From the NCBI GenBank assembly GCA_030603165.1, contig JAUVYH010000003.1, positions 1 through 45,639 of the forward strand: a stretch of 45,639 bases of DNA, read 5' to 3'. Below, in pieces: positions 39,708-45,639 of the stretch. Both the position numbers and the translations under genes were made by a program. Position 1 is the first letter of the stretch. Every line of letters starts with the position of its first letter. Under the pieces are notes generated by a model, which searched no databases, had not been told where the DNA came from, and was given only the letters and a program-made list of their open reading frames with translations. This DNA comes from Fidelibacterota bacterium. Its GTDB lineage: Bacteria; Fidelibacterota; UBA2242.

Positions 39708-41777
39708 ATGCATCGAATTCGTCAGCACCCAATCCTGGAAATTCCCGAAAATAGAAATAAAGTCCGATTTTTTTTCAAGGGTAAAGAATTTTACGGGTTT
39801 GAGGGTGAAGCAGTATCTTCCGCATTAATCGCAAATGGTATTCAGATCTTCAATATCCATAAAAAAGGCGACACGCCCCAGGGACTGTTTTGCGCCAACG
39901 GGCAATGCTCCCATTGCACTGTCATCATTGACGGTTTTCCATTAAAATCCTGCGTAACACCGCTGAAAGGGGGAATGGAAATTTATCCTTTGATCCATCT
40001 GCCGGAGTTACCCGGCGATGACCACCCTTTCACAAAACACCGTAAAATAATAAAAGAGTGTGATGTATTGGTCATCGGTGGCGGTCCTTCCGGATTGACC
40101 GCTACTATCGAGCTCGCAAAACTCGGTTTTTCCGTGATCCTCATCGATGACAAGAATAAGCTGGGCGGCAAGCTTTTACTTCAGACTCATAAATTTTTTG
40201 GCTCGATTGAAGATTGTTATGCCGGAACCCGGGGGATCGACATTGCCACAATACTTGAAAATGAATTACAGCAATATCCAAATATTTCCATATATACGGA
40301 TTCTTCCGTAGTTGGAATTTTCAAGGATCAGAAAGCCGGTGTTTTCGTTAATAATCAAAATTATGTCATTATCGATTTTAAGGGTTTGATCGTCTCCCCG
40401 GGAGCACGTGAAAAATCCCTGATATTTCCCGGAAACAATCTGCCGGGAGTCTATGGCGCCGGGGCTTTTCAAACGCTGGTAAACCGGGATTTGATCCATT
40501 CCTCCGACAGAGTCTTCGTTGTTGGAAGCGGTAATGTCGGATTGATCGCCGCTTATCACGCTTTACAAGCCGGTATTCAGGCAGTCGGAATTTGTGACAT
40601 TCTTGATAAAGTCTCCGGTTATAAAGTCCATGCCGATAAAATAAAACGCATGGGAGTCCCGATCTACCTGAATCATACCGTTCTATCGGCGGAAGGTGAC
40701 GGACAGGTCGAAAAGGTTACCATCGCGCGGGTCGATGAGAAATTCCAGCCGATTCTGGACACCGCAAAAACCTTTGAAGTCGATACGCTGCTGATTGCAG
40801 TTGGATTAACGCCGGTTGACGAATTCTACGATATGGCAAATGAATTCGGATTTAAAGTTGTAAAAGCCGGGGACGCCCTAGAAATTGCCGAAGCCTCATC
40901 TGCTATGTTTGGTGGACGGATCGCCGGATTGCAGATGGCACAGATGCTGGGAAAAGATATTCAAATTGATCCCGGTTGGGGTGAAAAAGCCGAGATTCTA
41001 AAAAGCAAACCGGGTAAAATTTATGATCCTGTTGAAGTGACACTTTCGGAATCCTTTCAGCCGGTTATCCGTTGTGACGAAGAAATACCCTGCGATCCCT
41101 GTACATCCATCTGTCCCGTCAACGCTATAAAACTGGATAAAAAACTGGGCAATATTATGGATATTCCACGATATTTGGATGGTTGTACCGGTTGTGGACT
41201 ATGCATCCTGATCTGCCCTGGTCTGGCAATCACACTTGCCAAAAAATTGGATGAAGCGACGGCGGAAGTTATCCTGCCTCATGAATTTATTCCTGAGTTC
41301 AAGGTTGGTGATCATATTCCGGTTACCGGACAGGAAGGCGAGTATCTCGAAGATGCCGAAGTGTTGAAAATTCGGTACAACAAGAAATACAAAACCTACT
41401 TGGTCCATATTAAGACATCCCTGAAGAATGGTGCAAAAACAACCGGAATCCAGGTCCAAAATGTCAGTATTACTTTACCAATTCGGGACACTTCATTTGA
41501 ATATATTCCGGAAAACAGCATCGTCTGCCATTGCGAGATGGTAACAGCAAAAGAATTAATTGCTTATATTAAAGAGCACAATATTCGCGATATAAACCAG
41601 TTAAAACAGATTCGTGTCGGAATGGGCGCCTGCGGCGGTAAAAATTGTTCCGTACTATTGCCGAGGATTTTTTCTATGGCAGGCATTGACTGGGAAGAAG
41701 TAACAACGGGAACTAAGCGACCGTTAAGTGTTGAGATTCCCATGTATGCATTAATAAATGAAGAGGATATTGATTAA
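39708..41777 (+). CDS. Fused FAD-dependent oxidoreductase with [2Fe-2S], 2x[4Fe-4S] and BFD-like domains (sarcosine oxidase alpha / dye-linked L-proline dehydrogenase type)
   Basis: FCANGQCSHC...SC; GGGPSG; GSGNVG; CDPCTSICP and CTGCGLCILICP; C-terminal CHCE...GMGACGGKNC. Confidence 0.88.
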   Translation: MHRIRQHPILEIPENRNKVRFFFKGKEFYGFEGEAVSSALIANGIQIFNIHKKGDTPQGLFCANGQCSHCTVIIDGFPLKSCVTPLKGGMEIYPLIHLPELPGDDHPFTKHRKIIKECDVLVIGGGPSGLTATIELAKLGFSVILIDDKNKLGGKLLLQTHKFFGSIEDCYAGTRGIDIATILENELQQYPNISIYTDSSVVGIFKDQKAGVFVNNQNYVIIDFKGLIVSPGAREKSLIFPGNNLPGVYGAGAFQTLVNRDLIHSSDRVFVVGSGNVGLIAAYHALQAGIQAVGICDILDKVSGYKVHADKIKRMGVPIYLNHTVLSAEGDGQVEKVTIARVDEKFQPILDTAKTFEVDTLLIAVGLTPVDEFYDMANEFGFKVVKAGDALEIAEASSAMFGGRIAGLQMAQMLGKDIQIDPGWGEKAEILKSKPGKIYDPVEVTLSESFQPVIRCDEEIPCDPCTSICPVNAIKLDKKLGNIMDIPRYLDGCTGCGLCILICPGLAITLAKKLDEATAEVILPHEFIPEFKVGDHIPVTGQEGEYLEDAEVLKIRYNKKYKTYLVHIKTSLKNGAKTTGIQVQNVSITLPIRDTSFEYIPENSIVCHCEMVTAKELIAYIKEHNIRDINQLKQIRVGMGACGGKNCSVLLPRIFSMAGIDWEEVTTGTKRPLSVEIPMYALINEEDID

Positions 41778-42929
41778 GTGATGAAATCATACGACATTGC
41801 GGTCATCGGAGCCGGTAGTATCGGTGTTCCACTGAGTTTTTATCTGGCGCAGCAAGGACTAAGCGTCCTTATTCTGGAAAAATTGCCGTCCGCCGGCAGA
41901 GGTCAGAATCGTGCAGCTATCGGAGGCATCCGGGCTACTCATTCAGATCCGGCAAAAATTAAAATGTGCCTTCGAACAATTGAAATTGTGTCAAGAATTG
42001 AAGAGGAACACGGATTTGACGTCGATTGGATCACCGGTGGATATCTGTTCCCTGTTTATGACGAAGAAACTGAAGCCACATTAAAGGCATTACTCGAATT
42101 CCAGAATCACTACCAATTAAACATCGATTGGATTACATCGGAAGAAGTAGATAAATTGGTTCCTGGAATCAATCCTGAAAAACTTCGTGGCGGCACCTAT
42201 TCACCCGAAGACGGTTCCGCGTCGCCTTTGAAAGTTATCGATGCTTTTTATATGCTTGCAAAGCAAAACGGCGTCGATTTTCATTTCAATGAAGAAGTAA
42301 CCGGTTTCACAGTTTCAGATAACAACATTACTGATATAAAGACTTCAAAAGGACATTATTCTGCAGGACTGATCATCGATGCAGCCGGAGCTTATTCAAG
42401 AGATGTCGGCAATATGCTCGGATTGGATGTGCCTGTCTATCCCGATTCCCATGAAGCAGGAATTACTGAACCGGTTCAGCGATTTTTCGAACCTATGATA
42501 GTCGATATCCGCCCCGAAAAAGGGTCGGCTAATTATTACTTCTATCAAAATGTCGAAGGACAGGTAGTGTTTTGCATTACACCGGATCCAAAAATTCCGG
42601 GAACAGACAGTGACAATACATCGGTTTTTTTACCCCAGGTGATTAAACGCATGACGCAACTATATCCACGCCTGCGGAATCTCAGGGTTCGCCGGACCTG
42701 GCGAGGACTTTATCCGATGACGCCCGACGGGTTTCCGATTGTCGGTTATTCCAGGGAAATCGGCAACCTGTTTTTAGCCACCGGTATGTGCGGTCAGGGA
42801 TTTATGATCGGTCCGGGACTTGGCGAAATTGTCACTGAAATCATTGTGGATAAGAGCAATGAATATGACGATATTTTGAAACAGATTACACTTTATCGCA
42901 GTTTCACCGGCGAAGAAATGCTGAAATAA
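41778..42929 (+). CDS. FAD-dependent oxidoreductase, DAO family (sarcosine oxidase beta / proline dehydrogenase beta-like)
   Basis: IGAGSIG, WRGLYPMTPDGFPIVG and GMCGQGFMIGP motifs. Confidence 0.9.
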   Translation: MMKSYDIAVIGAGSIGVPLSFYLAQQGLSVLILEKLPSAGRGQNRAAIGGIRATHSDPAKIKMCLRTIEIVSRIEEEHGFDVDWITGGYLFPVYDEETEATLKALLEFQNHYQLNIDWITSEEVDKLVPGINPEKLRGGTYSPEDGSASPLKVIDAFYMLAKQNGVDFHFNEEVTGFTVSDNNITDIKTSKGHYSAGLIIDAAGAYSRDVGNMLGLDVPVYPDSHEAGITEPVQRFFEPMIVDIRPEKGSANYYFYQNVEGQVVFCITPDPKIPGTDSDNTSVFLPQVIKRMTQLYPRLRNLRVRRTWRGLYPMTPDGFPIVGYSREIGNLFLATGMCGQGFMIGPGLGEIVTEIIVDKSNEYDDILKQITLYRSFTGEEMLK

Positions 42930-42999
42930 CCGATTTCTTTATACCATTTTATAATTGAATTCGTATCTTATTGACCTAACTTTTTTCAGGAGATTTGAT

Positions 43000-44202
43000 A
43001 TGTCGTACAGAATTTCACACAGGGCAAAAGCAATCAAGCCATCACCAACCCTTGCAATGAACGCACTGGCTTGCGCTATGAAAGCCAAAGGCATCGACGT
43101 AGTTAATTTCGGCGTCGGTGAACCGGATTTTAATACGCCTGAATATATCAAAAACGCCGCGATTCAGGCTATCGATGATAATTTTACGCGGTACACCGCG
43201 GCAGCCGGGATTCCGGAACTCCGGAGCGCCATCGCCGCAAAATTAAAACGCGATAATAACTTATCTTTCAATCCTGATGATATTCTGGCTTCTCCGGGCG
43301 CTAAAGCTTCCATTATCAACATCCTGATGACTATATGCGACCCAAGAGATGAAGTGTTGATCCCCTCTCCATACTGGGTGAGTTATACATCACAAGTTGA
43401 AATGGTCGATGCATTCCCGATTTTACTGCCAACCGACGAAAGCGCCGGTTTTAAGATCACAGCCGATCAACTTGATAAAGCGATCTGTTCCCTGACAAGT
43501 CCGAAAGCCCTGATCATTAATTCTCCCAACAATCCAACCGGCGCTGTTTATACAAAAGAAGAATTGGAAGAGATCGCCGGAGTATGTTTGAAACACGATA
43601 TTCTTATTATTTCCGATGAAATCTATGAAAAATTGATCTACGATGGCGAAAGCCATTATTCCATTGCCCAGGTATCCGATGATGTCCGCGAACATACCAT
43701 CGTGATTAATGGTGTTTCCAAAGCCTATGCCATGACCGGTTGGCGGCTTGGATATGCGGCAGGACCCAGTGAAATTATAAAATGCGCCGCCCGAATCCAG
43801 GGACATACGACATCCTGTGTCACTTCAATCACTCAGAAAGCAGCCGTCGTAGCGCTGAATGAAGAAGACGGCAGTATTGAACAGATGAGAAAAGAATTTG
43901 AAAAACGCCGGAATTTCCTCGTCGCTGAATTGAACCGGATTAAAAATATTAAATGCCCTATGCCCAAAGGCGCTTTTTATACCATGCCAAACGTTTCATA
44001 CTATATACATAATAATAAAAAAGACGTCGCCAATACGGTAGAATTATGTCACTATCTTTTGGAAAACTTTCATATTGCCATTATGCCGGGTTCCGCCTTT
44101 GGTATGGAAAATTATGTTCGCTTTTCTTATGCAAACAGCATGGATAACCTGCGCGAAGGTTTAGATCGTTTCCGGAATGGCTTGGAAAACTTATTATCAT
44201 AG
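43000..44202 (+). CDS. aspC: Class I PLP-dependent aminotransferase (aspartate aminotransferase-like)
   Basis: GEPDF, NSPNNPTG, SDEIY and SKAYAMTGWRLGY; ATG at 43000 after AGGAG. Confidence 0.9.
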   Translation: MSYRISHRAKAIKPSPTLAMNALACAMKAKGIDVVNFGVGEPDFNTPEYIKNAAIQAIDDNFTRYTAAAGIPELRSAIAAKLKRDNNLSFNPDDILASPGAKASIINILMTICDPRDEVLIPSPYWVSYTSQVEMVDAFPILLPTDESAGFKITADQLDKAICSLTSPKALIINSPNNPTGAVYTKEELEEIAGVCLKHDILIISDEIYEKLIYDGESHYSIAQVSDDVREHTIVINGVSKAYAMTGWRLGYAAGPSEIIKCAARIQGHTTSCVTSITQKAAVVALNEEDGSIEQMRKEFEKRRNFLVAELNRIKNIKCPMPKGAFYTMPNVSYYIHNNKKDVANTVELCHYLLENFHIAIMPGSAFGMENYVRFSYANSMDNLREGLDRFRNGLENLLS

Positions 44203-44236
44203 TCGTTGATTTAAACACTGAAAATACTTTCAAATA

Positions 44237-45226
44237 ATGCCAAAAACATTACCCTACGATATCTATTTCTATGAAGCCTTTGAAGAAGAATGGGAACGGA
44301 TCAGCGCTTATCTTCCCTCTTCAATCAGGGCTGGTTATACCGATAAAACAATCCGGGAAAGCGGTGACAATATTCCACCGGCGAAAATTATCAGCGTCCG
44401 TACTCAATCCATCATCCCGGAATCCTGGCTTACGCGGGTTTCAGGATTACTGACCCGCAGCACCGGTTATGATTATTACAAATCCCTTCGGGATAAGGCG
44501 GATGATTCCGTTCAATTCGGCTATCTGCCGCTCTATTGCGCCCGGGCTGTCGCCGAACAGGCAATGCTCTTGTGGATGGCATTAATGCGAAAATTACCCC
44601 GGCAGATGGAACAGTTTAAAACTTTCCATCGCGATGGTCTTACCGGATGCGAATGCCGGGAAAAATCGTTGCTGGTTGTTGGTGTCGGAAATATCGGTTA
44701 TGAGATTGTGCAGATAGGCAGAGGACTGGATATGATCGTCAGGGGAGTCGATATCGTTCGTAAACACAACGACGTTGATTATGTGAATTTCGATGAAGCG
44801 CTTCCGGATGCGGATATAATTGTTTCCGCCATGAACCTGACCCCGGAAAACACCGGCTATTTTCATTATGAGCGGATGAAAACGGCAAAAACCGGCGCCC
44901 TTTTTGTCAATGTTGCCCGGGGCGAGCAATCAGCTCCTTCCGATCTCAAGCGACTGTTAGATGATGGAACGCTGGGCGGTATTGCCATGGACGTTTATCC
45001 TTTTGAAGATGAACTGGGCGCTGCACTCCGAATGAATTCCGAAATTAAGAATGAAGAATTGAAAATTATTCAGACGCTATCCCGGTATTCAAACGTAATA
45101 ATGACTCCCCATAATGCGTTTAATACCACAGAGTCCGTCGAGCGTAAAGCCGAGCAGTCGGTTCAGCAGGTTCAGCATTTTCTTGAAACCGGTAAATTTC
45201 TCTGGGAAGTCCCTGACCCGGCATAA
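44237..45226 (+). CDS. D-isomer-specific 2-hydroxyacid dehydrogenase (D-LDH-like)
   Basis: GVGNIG, NVARG, DVYPFE and TPHNAF motifs. Confidence 0.88.
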   Translation: MPKTLPYDIYFYEAFEEEWERISAYLPSSIRAGYTDKTIRESGDNIPPAKIISVRTQSIIPESWLTRVSGLLTRSTGYDYYKSLRDKADDSVQFGYLPLYCARAVAEQAMLLWMALMRKLPRQMEQFKTFHRDGLTGCECREKSLLVVGVGNIGYEIVQIGRGLDMIVRGVDIVRKHNDVDYVNFDEALPDADIIVSAMNLTPENTGYFHYERMKTAKTGALFVNVARGEQSAPSDLKRLLDDGTLGGIAMDVYPFEDELGAALRMNSEIKNEELKIIQTLSRYSNVIMTPHNAFNTTESVERKAEQSVQQVQHFLETGKFLWEVPDPA

Positions 45227-45314
45227 GAGAATAATAAAATCTCAAACTCTCACCATATTGTTCTGCGTTGAGGCAAATAAATGTAAATCAGACACTCCTG
45301 TCTGATTATAACTT

Positions 45315-45338
45315 GCACAGGTTGAAAACTTGTGCTAC
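45315..45338 (-). repeat. GTAG-type REP sequence
   Basis: Minus strand GTAG-cacaagtt-ttc-aacctgtgc imperfect palindrome. Confidence 0.65.
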
Positions 45339-45639
45339 TGCATAATAATCACCACTTCTCATCCGATATCGTTATGACAATCCCTGCTATGATGTAAAGC
45401 GCCTTTTTACAAAGACATATTTATTTCGATCATATAAATTTTACTACACGAGACATCTTATTTTATACATACTAACGGACAATCATCACCCGCAGCGAAC
45501 TTAACCCAAGTTCGACAATAATATAAAATAATCCCGAAAAAACGACACTCGCTCTACGCTAACATACTGTTTTTACAACAATGGGCTTCTGGAATCTCGG
45601 TGTAGTGACTGAACGGGCAAGATAGTCCTTGCACTGCTG

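Noticed and set aside
45340-45639. Possible gene fragment at the window end
   Set aside because: The frames I translated on both strands gave only short stretches with no recognisable motif.

Overview
AT-rich bacterial chromosomal window, most likely from an FCB-group lineage outside Bacteroidota (inferred from the PorU/PorV-like pair and the 'NYPNPFNP' C-terminal sorting domains). Positions 1-25 kb are mainly housekeeping genes on the + strand: MBL hydrolase end, tilS (interrupted by one in-frame TAA), hpt, ftsH, folP, cdaA, a C25-peptidase/PorV locus, lrp, frameshifted prfB, lysS, two lolC/E genes, lolD, clpC and dnaK. tRNA-Cys and tRNA-Leu follow. The accessory part holds a modular LamG/cohesin/dockerin secreted protein, a GGDEF enzyme, EamA, an SH3-M48 peptidase with a CHASE2 cyclase, a GxxExxY remnant, a type II toxin-antitoxin pair, a transglutaminase-like protein, a fused flavo/Fe-S amino-acid dehydrogenase operon, an aminotransferase and a 2-hydroxyacid dehydrogenase. 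The most striking signal is non-coding. The intergenic regions carry nested non-autonomous palindromic elements, including six 22-23 nt double-hairpin micro-insertions with covarying stems. These interrupt a tRNA copy, a CDS and other repeats without target duplication, and I recognise no transposase in the window. All calls come from reading the sequence by eye; no searches were run.
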